64,000 bases of DNA from Macrostomum lignano (lineage: Eukaryota): contig NIVC01000222.1 in assembly GCA_002269645.1 (NCBI GenBank), forward strand, positions 1-64,000, written 5' to 3'. This document shows, in pieces, positions 43,901-58,900 of the stretch. The position numbers and the translations under genes were made by a program. Every line of letters starts with the position of its first letter. Positions within the stretch are counted from its first letter, which is position 1. Under the pieces are notes generated by a model. The model made no database searches, was not told the origin of the DNA, and saw nothing but the letters and a program-made list of their open reading frames with translations.

Positions 43901-46900
43901 CAGGGGCTTTAGCACCAGGGGCTTTAGCACCAGGGGCTTTAGCACCAGGGGCTTTAGCACCACGGGCTTTAGCACCAGGGGCTTTAGCACCAAGGGGCTT
44001 TAGCACCAGGGGCTTTAGCACCACAAGCTTTAGCACCAAGGGCTTTAGCACCAGGGGCTTTAGCACCAGGGGCTTTAGCACCACGGGCTTTAGCACCAGG
44101 GGCTTTAGCACCACGGGCTTTAGCACCAGGGGCTTTAGCACCAGGGGCTTTAGCACCAGGGGCTTTAGCACCACTTTAGGGCTTTAGCACCAGGGCTTTA
44201 GCTTTTACACTGGAGACTTTTACACGGGCTTTAGAATTCAATGTCCAGGTATTAAAATTCACATAGTCGAGAAAACTTTCTGGTCACTTTCGCAAACTTT
44301 AAGTTTTATAATCTTGAAATTCTAATTCTCTTCAATGCTGTCGAGTTTTGAGCTAGTTTTGAGCTATCAGAAGTTAACGGTGAGCTTTTTCGACTTGCTT
44401 GCTGAAACGCCCCCACCCCGTTTCATCATTGCAGCGCCGGACCAGAGTTCGACGGTTCGCTCGAGCGACGCCGTTCTGCTTCGATCTTTGCTTGAGAAGC
44501 TGCTTGAGCACATGCGAAACTGGAAATGCCTCAACGAGCAGTTGGAATTTTTCAAGCGCGACCACAGCGGGCTAACGGAAGAGTCGGCTCAGATGATGAC
44601 GGCCATTTCTGTCCTACAGTGAGTTCGGGCCAACTCTAGTGGAACTCTTGTGTTGTTGTGATCACGCTCCAGTCTGTTTGTGATCACGCTCCAGTCTGTT
44701 TGTGATCACGCTCCAGTCTGTTAGTGAGCACGCTCCAGTCTGTTTGTGATCACGCTCCAGTCTGTTTGTGAGCACGCTCCAGTCTGTTTGTGAGCACGCT
44801 CCAGTCTGTTTGTGATCACGCTCCAGTCTGTTTGTGAGCACGCTCCAGTCTGTTTGTGAGCACGCTCCAGTCTGTTTGTGAGCACGCTCCAGTCTGTTTG
44901 TGATCACGCTCCAGTCTGTTTGTGAGCACGCTCCAGTCTGTTTGTGAGCACGCTCCAGTCTGTTTGTGAGCACGCTCCAGTCTGTTTGTGAGCACGCTCC
45001 AGTCTGTTTGTGAGCACGCTCCAGTCTGTTTGTGAGCACGCTCCAGTCTGTTTGTGATCACGCTCCAGTCTGTTTGTGAGCACGCTCCAGTCTGTTTGAG
45101 AGCACGCTCCAGTCTGTTCCTGAGAACGCTCTATATACGCTCTTATAAGTAACTTCTCAATGAATTTTGCAGGAAAATGCAGGAAGAAAGTGGCAAACAA
45201 ATGGAAGATCTGCAGACCCGGATGCAGGATTGGAGTCTCTACTCAACTCGTTCGACAGTGGTCAGAAAATCAACAACAGTTAATCAAAGCGTCCAAGTAA
45301 GCAGAAAATTTGACTCAAGTTAAATTTGGATCAGTTTTGCACATCAAAAACTGTTTTTATTACCTACCCATTGATCTACAGCAGCGTGAAAGCCAGTCAC
45401 TAGCAGTGCAAGTCACCGGGAGTTCGCAGACAGACGGTCAATCGGTAACGAACTCGCAGAGAATGGACACCACCGATCTTCTATTCGAAGGTAGAAGAGG
45501 CAGCCTTCGCGACAGTCGCGAGTCTGAGTGGTATTCCCTTCTCGAGTCCAGGCCAGTCGACCTAACCAGCATCCGGGATCTGACAGTCGCCAAGGATCAG
45601 GTCCGCCAGCAGCTCAGACGTGCGTCAATGAGCGAGAGCACGCAGACCAAACCGCCCCCAAGGAGTCCGGTGGGGCTCCTGTCTCCCACTTCGAAATCTG
45701 TGCAGGCCGGTTATTCGGAATATCGACAGAACTCTACTCAGGATATTGAGGATCCAGTATTTCGTCAGGCTGTGTACAACTACATTCAAGAGTACGAGTC
45801 CGAAGTAAAACGCTACCTGCACGAAAATATTCCGAGTCCGATAGTGCACTCTCAGTCCGCGTACGCTGCTGCATCGGCATCTGAGGGCCGATCCCAGCTG
45901 AGAGTTGGCGTCGAAGAAAAGTTAGAGTACTCGGAAACGCGAAAGCTTGCAACGGCATTTCGAGCTCCAATGAAAGCGAAGCGAATGCGACTTCAAGCTC
46001 AGGCTCCGGCACCGGTGCTGCTGTTGGAAAAACCCAAGCAGTCACGCGCGAGGCTGGCTGTCAAACTGCGCAGATACCAATAGCCAGCACAGGTTGCGAT
46101 AAGCAGAGCGTGATGCGGAGAGCAAGATTGCCTGCCACCTGCACTATACTGTGCAGAATGATCTGTTCTGTCTAGAAATAGAAAGCAGCGACTCAGAGAC
46201 TCAAACAGATCAGTCTGGCCAAACAGTGGAGACGGAAGAGAAACTCATTAAGTACGAAAGCCGGGTTGATGAGAGAGTCGAAAGACAAAGCGTAGACATC
46301 GAGATAAAAATCGAAGAGGAGACAAACCGTAAAAAGCTCATGGCAACTCAACCACCGAGAAAAGTAGAAGTTCAAGATGCCTGCGTAAAAACGACCTGTG
46401 AAACAGAGGAATCGGTTTTAGTTGTTAAGCAACAAATAAAATATATGCAACTGTCTCAGGAGCTAGTCACTGCCGACCAGGGAGTCAACTGCGTAATCGA
46501 AAACCAACTTTCAGATTTTGAGTGTTCATTTGACCTGGAATTTGCGGATAGCAGTGTAAATTGCAAAACTGAAGAAAAAACTCAGGAAATCAGCACTTGC
46601 GAAGTGCACTATGAGAACCACTTTAGTGAAGCCGCACTTCAAACAGATTCTTTCACAGGCGAAAGCAGCATCTCCGTAAGCCCAAAACTTGCGTGCATGA
46701 GCGTTGAAATGGAAATTTCAACCGAAGATGCGTCTGTTTTATGCAAAGATGAGACAAAAATTCGAGAGTGTTTCTCCCACTTAGAAAAATCTTATAAGGA
46801 AAGCAACACCAAAGCACAGATAACAACGAAAGACGTTTCTGTAACAGCCAAACAAGCCGTTAGCAAACTGGGATTTGCTGAAGAAATGCAAAAAATCAAA

Positions 46901-49900
46901 GCAGTTAACAGCAACGTAAAATTCAGTAACATGCCGAAAATTCTAGAGTGCAACAGCTCGCTTGAACTTATGCACGAAAATGCTGGTGCACGAGCACAGC
47001 CGACCGTAGATGAGATGGGCGTCTGTGAGCAAGTTATGTTCTCTGATGGTGCCATGAGATTCAAGGACGAACCGCAGGTCGAAGAGTGCACCAGCTCGCT
47101 TGAGTTGTTGGTCAAGTCAGGCTTCGTTCGTACGAAAACTAAAGTCCAAGAAGCTTCTGTGCAAGTCAATCAAGAAGTCGGAGAGATTGGCGTATACAAC
47201 GAGGTACTAAGCGCGAGCGAACACGTAAGATTCAAGGACGAACCGAAAGTTGAAGAGTGCGCCAGCTCGCATGAGCTTATACACAAAACGACTGGTGTGC
47301 GAGCACAGCCAACCGTGGATGAGATGGGCGCTTATGAGACGCTGCTCGCATCAGACGCTTCGGTACGCTACAAGGAAGAGCCGAAACTCGACGAGTGCTT
47401 CACATTCTCCGAGACCACATTCCTGGAAGGCGCTATCCGAGTAGAGACACTTGTGAAGGAGGCTTCAGTTCAAGTGGAACAGCCAGTCGATGGAATGGGC
47501 GTCTGTGAGATGCTGCTCACATCAGACGGGTCGGTACGCTATAAGGAAGAGCCGAAACTCGACGAGTGCTTCACATTCTCCGAGACCACATTCCTGGAAG
47601 GCGCTATCCGAGTAGAGACACTTGTGAAAGAGGCTTCAGTTCAAGTGGAACAGCCAGTCAATGGAATGGGCGTCTGTGAGATGCTGCTCACATCAGACGG
47701 GTCGGTACGCTACAAGGAAGAGCCGAAGCTCAACGAATGCGCCTCATTCCTGGAAACGACTGTCTTGAGTGAGTCCATTCGAGTAAGCCAGAGTGTGAAC
47801 GAAATGGGCTTCTGTGAGATGTTGGAGACATCAGACACGACAATGCGCTACAAAGAAGAGCTAGAAGTGAGAGACTGCGCATCGTCCTCGAGACATCCGT
47901 CATGATAGGATCTGTTCGAGTGAAACAAGAAATAGACGACATGGGCGTCTGTGAGATGCTGCTCACATCAGACGCTTCGGTACGCTACAAGGAAGAGCCG
48001 AAACTCGACGAGTGCTTCACATTCTCCGAGACCACATTCCTGGAAGGCGCTAGAGTAGAGACACTTGTGAAGGAGGCTTCAGTTCAAGTGGAACAGTCAG
48101 TCGATGGAATGGGCGTCTGTGAGATGCTGCTCACATCAGACGGGTCGGTACGCTACAAGGAAGAGCCGAAACTCGACGAGTGCTTCACATTCTCCGAGAC
48201 CACATTCCTGGAAGGCGCTATCCGAGTAGAGACACTTGTGAAGGAGGCTTCAGTTCAAGTGGAACAGTCAGTCGATGGAATGGGCGTCTGTGAGATGCTG
48301 CTCACATCAGACGGGTCGGTACGCTACAAGGAAGAGCCGAAGCTCAACGAATGCGCCTCCTTCCTGGAAACGACTGTCTTGAGTGAGTCCATTCGAGTAA
48401 GCCAGAGTGTGAACGAAATGGGCTTCTGTGAGATGTTGGAGACATCAGACACGACAATGCGCTACAAAGAAGAGCTAGAAGTGAGAGACTGCGCATCGTT
48501 CCTCGAGACATCCGTCATGATAGGATCTGTTCGAGTGACACAAGAAATAGACGACATGGGCGTCTGTGAGATGCTGCTCACATCAGACGCTTCGGTACGC
48601 TACAAGGAAGAGCCGAAACTCGACGAGTGCTTCACATTCTCCGAGACCACATTCCTGGAAGGCGCTATCCGAGTAGAGACACTTGTGAAGGAGGCTTCAG
48701 TTCAAGTGGAACAGCCAGTCGATGGAATGGGCGTCTGTGAGATGCTGCTCACATCAGACGGGTCGGTACGCTACAAGAAAGAGCCGAAACTCGACGAGTG
48801 CTTCACATTCTCCGAGACCACATTCCTGGAAGGCGCTATCCGAGTAGAGACACTTGTGAAGGAGGCTTCAGTTCAAGTGGAACAGTCAGTCGATGAAATG
48901 GGCGTCTGTGAGATGCTGCTCACATCAGACGGGTCGGTACGCTACAAGGAAGAGCCGAAACTCGACGAGTGCTTCACATTCTCCGAGACCACATTCCTGG
49001 AAGGCGCTATCCGAGTAGAGACACTTGTGAAGGAGGCTTCAGTTCAAGTGGAACAGTCAGTCGATGGAATGGGCGTCTGTGAGATGCTGCTCACATCAGA
49101 CGGGTCGGTACGCTACAAGGAAGAGCCGAAACTCGACGAGTGCTTCACATTCTCCGAGACCACATTCCTGGAAGGCGCTATCCGAGTAGAGACACTTGTG
49201 AAGGAGGCTTCAGTTCAAGTGGAACAGTCAGTCGATGGAATGGGCGTCTGTGAGATGCTGCTCACATCAGACGGGTCGGTACGCTACAAGGAAGAGCCGA
49301 AACTCGACGAGTGCTTCACATTCTCCGAGACCACATTCCTGGAAGGCGCTATCCGAGTAGAGACCCTTGTGAAGGAGGCTTCAGTTCAAGTGGAACAGTC
49401 AGTCGATGGAATGGGCGTCTGTGAGATGCTGCAGACATCAGTCGGGTCGGTACGCTACAAGGAAGAGCTTGAAGTAAGAGAGTGCGCATCCTTCCTCGAG
49501 ACTTCGGTCATGGTCGGCTCCGTTCGAGCGAAACAGGATGTGGAGGACATGGGCGTCTGTGAGATGCTGCAGACATCAGTCGGGTCGGTACGCTACAAGG
49601 AAGAGCTTGAAGTAAGAGAGTGCGCATCCTTCCTCGAGACTTCGGTCATGGTCGGCTCCGTTCGAGCGAAACAGGATGTGGAGGACATGGGCGTCTGTGA
49701 GATGCTGCAGACATCGGACTCGACAATGCGCTACAAAGAAGAGCTAGAAGTGAGAGAATGCGCTTCGTTCCTTGAGACATCCTTCATGGTCGGCTCCGTT
49801 CGAGCGAAACAGGATGTGGAGGACATGGGCGTCTGTGAGATGCTGCAGACATCAGTCGGGTCGGTACGCTACAAGGAAGAGCTTGAAGTAAGAGAGTGCG

Positions 49901-52900
49901 CATCCTTCCTCGAGACTTCGGTCATGGTCGGCTCCGTTCGAGCGAAACAAGAAGTAGACGGCATGGGCGTCTGTGAGATGCTGCAGACATCGGACTCGAC
50001 AATGCGCTACAAAGAAGAGCTAGAAGTGAGAGAATGCGCTTCGTTCCTTGAGACATCCTTCATGGTCGGCTCCGTTCGAGCGAAACAGGATGTGGAGGAC
50101 ATGGGCGTCTGTGAGATGCTGCAGACATCAGTCGGGTCGGTACGCTACAAGGAAGAGCTTGAAGTAAGAGAGTGCGCATCCTTCCTCGAGACTTCGGTCA
50201 TGGTCGGCTCCGTTCGAGCGAAACAAGAAGTAGACGGCATGGGCGTCTGTGAGATGCTGCAGACATCGGACTCGACAATGCGCTACAAAGAAGAGCTAGA
50301 AGTGAGAGAATGCGCTTCGTTCCTTGAGACATCCTTCATGGTCGGCTCCGTTCGAGCGAAACAGGATGTGGAGGACATGGGCGTCTGTGAGATGCTGCAG
50401 ACATCAGTCGGGTCGGTACGCTACAAGGAAGAGCTTGAAGTAAGAGAGTGCGCATCCTTCCTCGAGACTTCGGTCATGGTCGGCTCCGTTCGAGCGAAAC
50501 AAGAAGTAGACGGCATGGGCGTCTGTGAGATGCTGCAGACATCGGACTCGACAATGCGCTACAAAGAAGAGCTAGAAGTGAGAGAATGCGCTTCGTTCCT
50601 TGAGACATCCTTCATGGTCGGCTCCGTTCGAGCGAAACAGGATGTGGAGGACATGGGCGTCTGTGAGATGCTGCAGACATCAGTCGGGTCGGTACGCTAC
50701 AAGGAAGAGCTTGAAGTAAGAGAGTGCGCATCCTTCCTCGAGACTTCGGTCATGGTCGGCTCCGTTCGAGCGAAACAAGAAGTAGACGGCATGGGCGTCT
50801 GTGAGATGCTGCAGACATCGGACTCGACAATGCGCTACAAAGAAGAGCTAGAAGTGAGAGAATGCGCTTCGTTCCTTGAGACATCCTTCATGGTCGGCTC
50901 CGTTCGAGCGAAACAGGATGTGGAGGACATGGGCGTCTGTGAGATGCTGCAGACATCAGTCGGGTCGGTACGCTACAAGGAAGAGCTTGAAGTAAGAGAG
51001 TGCGCATCCTTCCTCGAGACTTCGGTCATGGTCGGCTCCGTTCGAGCGAAACAAGAAGTAGACGGCATGGGCGTCTGTGAGATGCTGCAGACATCGGACT
51101 CGACAATGCGCTACAAAGAAGAGCTAGAAGTGAGAGAATGCGCTTCGTTCCTTGAGACATCCTTCATGGTCGGCTCCGTTCGAGCGAAACAGGATGTGGA
51201 GGACATGGGCGTCTGTGAGATGCTGCAGACATCGGACTCGACGCGCTACAAAGGAAGAGCTTGAAGTGAGAGTGCGCATCCTTCCTCGAGACTTCGGTCA
51301 TGGTCGGCTCCGTTCGAGCGAAACAGGATGTGAGGCATGGGCGTCTGTGAGATGCTGCAGACATCAGTCGGGTCGACGCTACAAGAAGAGCTTGAAGTAG
51401 AGAGTGCGCTCGTTCCTCGAGACTTCCTCATGGTCGGCTCCGTTCGAGCGAAACAGGATGTGGAGGACATGGGCGTCTGTGAGATGCTGCAGACATCGGA
51501 CTCGACAATGCGCTACAAAGAAGAGCTAGAAGTGAGAGAATGCGCTTCGTTCCTTGAGACATCCTTCATGGTCGGCTCCGTTCGAGCGAAACAGGATGTG
51601 GAGGACATGGGCGTCTGTGAGATGCTGCAGACATCAGTCGGGTCGGTACGCTACAAGAAGAGCTTGAAGTAAGAGAGTGCGCATCCTTCCTCGAGACTTC
51701 GGTCATGGTCGGCTCCGTTCGAGCGAAACAGGATGTGGAGGACATGGGCGTCTGTGAGATGCTGCAGACATCGGACTCGACAATGCGCTACAAAGAAGAG
51801 CTAGAAGTGAGAGAATGCGCTTCGTTCCTTGAGACATCCTTCATGGTCGGCTCCGTTCGAGCGAAACAGGATGTGGAGGACATGGGCGTCTGTGAGATGC
51901 TGCAGACATCAGTCGGGTCGACGCGCTACAAGAAGAGCTTGAAGTAAGAGAGTGCGCATCGTTCCTTGAGACTCCTCATGGTCGGCTCCGTTCGAGCGAA
52001 ACAGGATGTGGAGGACATGGGCGTCTGTGAGATGCTGCAGACATCACTCGACGCGCTACAAAGAAGAGCTAGAAGTGAGAGAATGCGCTTCGTTCCTTGA
52101 GACTCCTTCATGGTCGGCTCCGTTCGAGCGAAACAGGATGTGGAGGACATGGGCGTCTGTGAGATGCTGCAGACATCAGTCGGACGACGCTACAAAGAAG
52201 AGCTTGAAGTGAGAGTGCGCTCCTTCCTCGAGACTTCGGTCATGGTCGGCTCCGTTCGAGCGAAACAGGATGTGGAGGACATGGGCGTCTGTGAGATGCT
52301 GCAGACATCGGACTCGACAATGCGCTACAAAGAAGAGCTAGAAGTGAGAGAATGCGCTTCGTTCCTTGAGACATCCTTCATGGTCGGCTCCGTTCGAGCG
52401 AAACAGGATGTGGAGGACATGGGCGTCTGTGAGATGCTGCAGACATCGGACTCGACAATGCGCTACAAGAAGAGCTGAAGTGAGAGAATGCGCTTCGTTC
52501 CTTGAGACATCCTTCATGGTCGGCTCCGTTCGAGCGAAACAGGATGTGGAGGACATGGGCGTCTGTGAGATGCTGCAGACATCGGACTCGACAATGCGCT
52601 ACAAGAAGAGCTAGAAGTGAGAGAATGCGCTTCGTTCCTTGAGACATCCTTCATGGTCGGCTCCGTTCGAGCGAAACAGGATGTGGAGGACATGGGCGTC
52701 TGTGAGATGCTGCAGACATCAGTCGGGTCGGTACGCTACAAGAAGAGCTTGAAGTAAGAGAGTGCGCATCCTTCCTCGAGACTTCGTCATGGTCGGCTCC
52801 GTTCGAGCGAAACAGGATGTGGAGGACATGGGCGTCTGTGAGATGCTGCAGACATCGGACTCGACAATGCGCTACAAAGAAGAGCTAGAAGTGAGAGAAT

Positions 52901-55900
52901 GCGCTTCGTTCCTTGAGACATCCTTCATGGTCGGCTCCGTTCGAGCGAAACAGGATGTGGAGGACATGGGCGTCTGTGAGATGCTGCAGACATCAGTCGG
53001 GTCGGTACGCTACAAGGAAGAGCTTGAAGTAAGAGAGTGCGCATCCTTCCTCGAGACTTCGGTCATGGTCGGCTCCGTTCGAGCGAAACAGGATGTGGAG
53101 GACATGGGCGTCTGTGAGATGCTGCAGACATCGGACTCGACAATGCGCTACAAAGAAGAGCTAGAAGTGAGAGAATGCGCTTCGTTCCTTGAGACATCCT
53201 TCATGGTCGGCTCCGTTCGAGCGAAACAGGATGTGGAGGACATGGGCGTCTGTGAGATGCTGCAGACATCAGTCGGGTCGGTACGCTACAAGGAAGAGCT
53301 TGAAGTAAGAGAGTGCGCATCCTTCCTCGAGACTTCGGTCATGGTCGGCTCCGTTCGAGCGAAACAGAGTGGACGGACATGGGCGTCTGTGAGATGCTGC
53401 AGACATCGGACTCGACAATGCGCTACAAAGAAGAGCTAGAAGTGAGAGAATGCGCTTCGTTCCTTGAGACATCCTTCATGGTCGGCTCCGTTCGAGCGAA
53501 ACAGGATGTGGAGGACATGGGCGTCTGTGAGATGCTGCAGACATCAGTCGGGTCGGTACGCTACAAGGAAGAGCTTGAAGTAAGAGAGTGCGCATCCTTC
53601 CTCGAGACTTCGGTCATGGTCGGCTCCGTTCGAGCGAAACAGAAGTAGAGGCATGGGCGTCTGTGAGATGCTGCAGACATCGGACTCGACAATGCGCTAC
53701 AAAGAAGAGCTAGAAGTGAGAGAATGCGCTTCGTTCCTTGAGACATCCTTCATGGTCGGCTCCGTTCGAGCGAAACAGGATGTGGAGGACATGGGCGTCT
53801 GTGAGATGCTGCAGACATCAGTCGGGTCGGTACGCTACAAGGAAGAGCTTGAAGTAAGAGAGTGCGCATCCTTCCTCGAGACTTCGGTCATGGTCGGCTC
53901 CGTTCGAGCGAAACAAGATGTGAGGCATGGGCGTCTGTGAGATGCTGCAGACATCGGACTCGACAATGCGCTACAAAGAAGAGCTAGAAGTGAGAGAATG
54001 CGCTTCGTTCCTTGAGACATCCTTCATGGTCGGCTCCGTTCGAGCGAAACAGGATGTGGAGGACATGGGCGTCTGTGAGATGCTGCAGACATCAGTCGGT
54101 CGGTACGCTACAAGGAAGAGCTTGAAGTAAGAGAGTGCGCATCCTTCCTCGAGACTTCGGTCATGGTCGGCTCCGTTCGAGCGAAACAGATGTAGACGGC
54201 ATGGGCGTCTGTGAGATGCTGCAGACATCGGACTCGACAATGCGCTACAAAGAAGAGCTAGAAGTGAGAGAATGCGCTTCGTTCCTTGAGACATCCTTCA
54301 TGGTCGGCTCCGTTCGAGCGAAACAGGATGTGGAGGACATGGGCGTCTGTGAGATGCTGCAGACATCAGTCGGGTCGGTACGCTACAAGGAAGAGCTTGA
54401 AGTAAGAGACTCGCATGGTCGGCTCCAGGTGATGGGCGTCTGTGAGATGCTGCAGACATCGGACTCGACAATGCGCTACAAAGAAGAGCTAGAAGTGAGA
54501 GAATGCGCTTCGTTCCTTGAGACATCCTTCATGGTCGGCTCCGTTCGAGCGAAACAGGATGTGGAGGACATGGGCGTCTGTGAGATGCTGCAGACATCGG
54601 ACTCGACAATGCGCTACAAAGAAGAGCTAGAAGTGAGAGAATGCGCTTCGTTCCTTGAGACATCCTTCATGGTCGGCTCCGTTCGAGCGAAACAGGATGT
54701 GGAGGACATGGGCGTCTGTGAGATGCTGCAGACATCGGACTTCAAGAAGAGCTGAAGTGAGAGAATGCGCTTCGTTCCTTGAGACATCCTTCATGGTCGG
54801 CTCCGTTCGAGCGAAACAGGATGTGGAGGACATGGGCGTCTGTGAGATGCTGCAGACATCAGTCGGGTCGGTACGCTACAAGGAAGAGCTTGAAGTAAGA
54901 GAGTGCGCATCCTTCCTCGAGACTTCGGTCATGGTCGGCTCCGTTCGAGCGAAACAGGATGTGGAGGACATGGGCGTCTGTGAGATGCTGCAGACATCGG
55001 ACTCGACAATGCGCTACAAAGAAGAGCTAGAAGTGAGAGAATGCGCTTCGTTCCTTGAGACATCCTTCATGGTCGGCTCCGTTCGAGCGAAACAGGATGT
55101 GGAGGACATGGGCGTCTGTGAGATGCTGCAGACATCGGACTCGACAATGCGCTACAAAGAAGAGCTAGAAGTGAGAGAATGCGCTTCGTTCCTTGAGACA
55201 TCCTTCATGGTCGGCTCCGTTCGAGCGAAACAGGATGTGGAGGACATGGGCGTCTGTGAGATGCTGCAGACATCAGTCGGGTCGGTACGCTACAAGGAAG
55301 AGCTTGAAGTAAGAGAGTGCGCATCCTTCCTCGAGACTTCGGTCATGGTCGGCTCCGTTCGAGCGAAACAGGATGTGGAGGACATGGGCGTCTGTGAGAT
55401 GCTGCAGACATCGGACTCGACAATGCGCTACAAAGAAGAGCTAGAAGTGAGAGAATGCGCTTCGTTCCTTGAGACATCCTTCATGGTCGGCTCCGTTCGA
55501 GCGAAACAGGATGTGGAGGACATGGGCGTCTGTGAGATGCTGCAGACATCAGTCGGGTCGGTACGCTACAAGAAGAGCTTGAAGTAAGAGAGTGCGCATC
55601 CTTCCTCGAGACTTCGGTCATGGTCGGCTCCGTTCGAGCGAAACAGGATGTGGAGGACATGGGCGTCTGTGAGATGCTGCAGACATCAGTCGGGTCGGTA
55701 CGCTACAAGAAGAGCTTGAAGTAAGAGAGTGCGCATCCTTCCTCGAGACTTCGGTCATGGTCGGCTCCGTTCGAGCGAAACAGGATGTGGAGGACATGGG
55801 CGTCTGTGAGATGCTGCAGACATCGGACTCGACAATGCGCTACAAAGAAGAGCTAGAAGTGAGAGAATGCGCTTCGTTCCTTGAGACATCCTTCATGGTC

Positions 55901-58900
55901 GGCTCCGTTCGAGCGAAACAGGATGTGGAGGACATGGGCGTCTGTGAGATGCTGCAGACATCAGTCGGGTCGGTACGCTACAAGAAGAGCTTGAAGTAAG
56001 AGAGTGCGCATCCTTCCTCGAGACTTCGGTCATGGTCGGCTCCGTTCGAGCGAAACAGGATGTGGAGGACATGGGCGTCTGTGAGATGCTGCAGACATCG
56101 GACTCGACAATGCGCTACAAAGAAGAGCTAGAAGTGAGAGAATGCGCTTCGTTCCTTGAGACATCCTTCATGGTCGGCTCCGTTCGAGCGAAACAGGATG
56201 TGGAGGACATGGGCGTCTGTGAGATGCTGCAGACATCAGTCGGGTCGGTACGCTACAAGGAAGAGCTTGAAGTAAGAGAGTGCGCATCCTTCCTCGAGAC
56301 TTCGGTCATGGTCGGCTCCGTTCGAGCGAAACAGGAAGTAGAGGCATGGGCGTCTGTGAGATGCTGCAGACATCGGACTCGACAATGCGCTACAAAGAAG
56401 AGCTAGAAGTGAGAGAATGCGCTTCGTTCCTTGAGACATCCTTCATGGTCGGCTCCGTTCGAGCGAAACAGGATGTGGAGGACATGGGCGTCTGTGAGAT
56501 GCTGCAGACATCAGTCGGGTCGGTACGCTACAAGGAAGAGCTTGAAGTAAGAGAGTGCGCATCCTTCCTCGAGACTTCGGTCATGGTCGGCTCCGTTCGA
56601 GCGAAACAGAAGTAGACGGCATGGGCGTCTGTGAGATGCTGCAGACATCGGACTCGACAATGCGCTACAAAGAAGAGCTGAAGTGAGAGAATGCGCTTCG
56701 TTCCTTGAGACATCCTTCATGGTCGGCTCCGTTCGAGCGAAACAGGATGTGGAGGACATGGGCGTCTGTGAGATGCTGCAGACATCAGTCGGGTCGGTAC
56801 GCTACAAGAAGAGCTTGAAGTAAGAGAGTGCGCATCCTTCCTCGAGACTTCGGTCATGGTCGGCTCCGTTCGAGCGAAACAAGAAGTAGACGGCATGGGC
56901 GTCTGTGAGATGCTGCAGACATCGGACTCGACAATGCGCTACAAAGAAGAGCTGAAGTGAGAGAATGCGCTTCGTTCCTTGAGACATCCTTCATGGTCGG
57001 CTCCGTTCGAGCGAAACAGGATGTGGAGGACATGGGCGTCTGTGAGATGCTGCAGACATCAGTCGGGTCGGTACGCTACAAGGAAGAGCTTGAAGTAAGA
57101 GAGTGCGCATCCTTCCTCGAGACTTCGGTCATGGTCGGCTCCGTTCGAGCGAAACAGGATGTGGAGGACATGGGCGTCTGTGAGATGCTGCAGACATCGG
57201 ACTCGACAATGCGCTACAAAGAAGAGCTAGAAGTGAGAGAATGCGCTTCGTTCCTTGAGACATCCTTCATGGTCGGCTCCGTTCGAGCGAAACAGGATGT
57301 GGAGGACATGGGCGTCTGTGAGATGCTGCAGACATCAGTCGGGTCGGTACGCTACAAAGAAGAGCTTGAAGTAAGAGAGTGCGCATCCTTCCTCGAGACT
57401 TCGGTCATGGTCGGCTCCGTTCGAGCGAAACAGGATGTGGAGGACATGGGCGTCTGTGAGATGCTGCAGACATCAGTCGGGTCGGTACGCTACAAGGAAG
57501 AGCTTGAAGTAAGAGAGTGCGCATCCTTCCTCGAGACTTCGGTCATGGTCGGCTCCGTTCGAGCGAAACAGATGTGAGGATGGGCGTCTGTGAGATGCTG
57601 CAGACATCGGACTCGACAATGCGCTACAAAGAAGAGCTAGAAGTGAGAGAATGCGCTTCGTTCCTTGAGACATCCTTCATGGTCGGCTCCGTTCGAGCGA
57701 AACAGGATGTGGAGGACATGGGCGTCTGTGAGATGCTGCAGACATCAGTCGGGTCGGTACGCTACAAGGAAGAGCTTGAAGTAAGAGAGTGCGCATCCTT
57801 CCTTGAGACTTCGGTCATGGTCGGCTCCGTTCGAGCGAAACAAGATAGACGGCATGGGCGTCTGTGAGATGCTGCAGACATCGGACTCGACAATGCGCTA
57901 CAAAGAAGAGCTGAAGTGAGAGAATGCGCTTCGTTCCTTGAGACATCCTTCATGGTCGGCTCCGTTCGAGCGAAACAGGATGTGGAGGACATGGGCGTCT
58001 GTGAGATGCTGCAGACATCAGTCGGGTCGGTACGCTACAAGAAGAGCTTGAAGTAAGAGAGTGCGCATCCTTCCTCGAGACTTCGGTCATGGTCGGCTCC
58101 GTTCGAGCGAAACAGGATGTGGAGGACATGGGCGTCTGTGAGATGCTGCAGACATCGGACTCGACAATGCGCTACAAAGAAGAGCTGAAGTGAGAGAATG
58201 CGCTTCGTTCCTTGAGACATCCTTCATGGTCGGCTCCGTTCGAGCGAAACAGGATGTGGAGGACATGGGCGTCTGTGAGATGCTGCAGACATCAGTCGGG
58301 TCGGTACGCTACAAAGAAGAGCTTGAAGTAAGAGAGTGCGCATCCTTCCTCGAGACTTCGGTCATGGTCGGCTCCGTTCGAGCGAAACAGGATGTGGAGG
58401 ACATGGGCGTCTGTGAGATGCTGCAGACATCAGTCGGTCGGTACGCTACAAGAAGAGCTTGAAGTAAGAGAGTGCGCATCCTTCCTCGAGACTTCGGTCA
58501 TGGTCGGCTCCGTTCGAGCGAAACAGGATGTGGAGGACATGGGCGTCTGTGAGATGCTGCAGACATCGGACTCGACAATGCGCTACAAAGAAGAGCTAGA
58601 AGTGAGAGAATGCGCTCGTTCCTTGAGACATCCTTCATGGTCGGCTCCGTTCGAGCGAAACAGGATGTGGAGGACATGGGCGTCTGTGAGATGCTGCAGA
58701 CATCGGACTCGACAATGCGCTACAAAGAAGAGCTAGAAGTGAGAGAATGCGCTTCGTTCCTTGAGACATCCTTCATGGTCGGCTCCGTTCGAGCGAAACA
58801 GGATGTGGAGGACATGGGCGTCTGTGAGATGCTGCAGACATCAGTCGGTCGGTACGCTACAAGGAAGAGCTTGAAGTAAGAGAGTGCGCATCCTTCCTCG

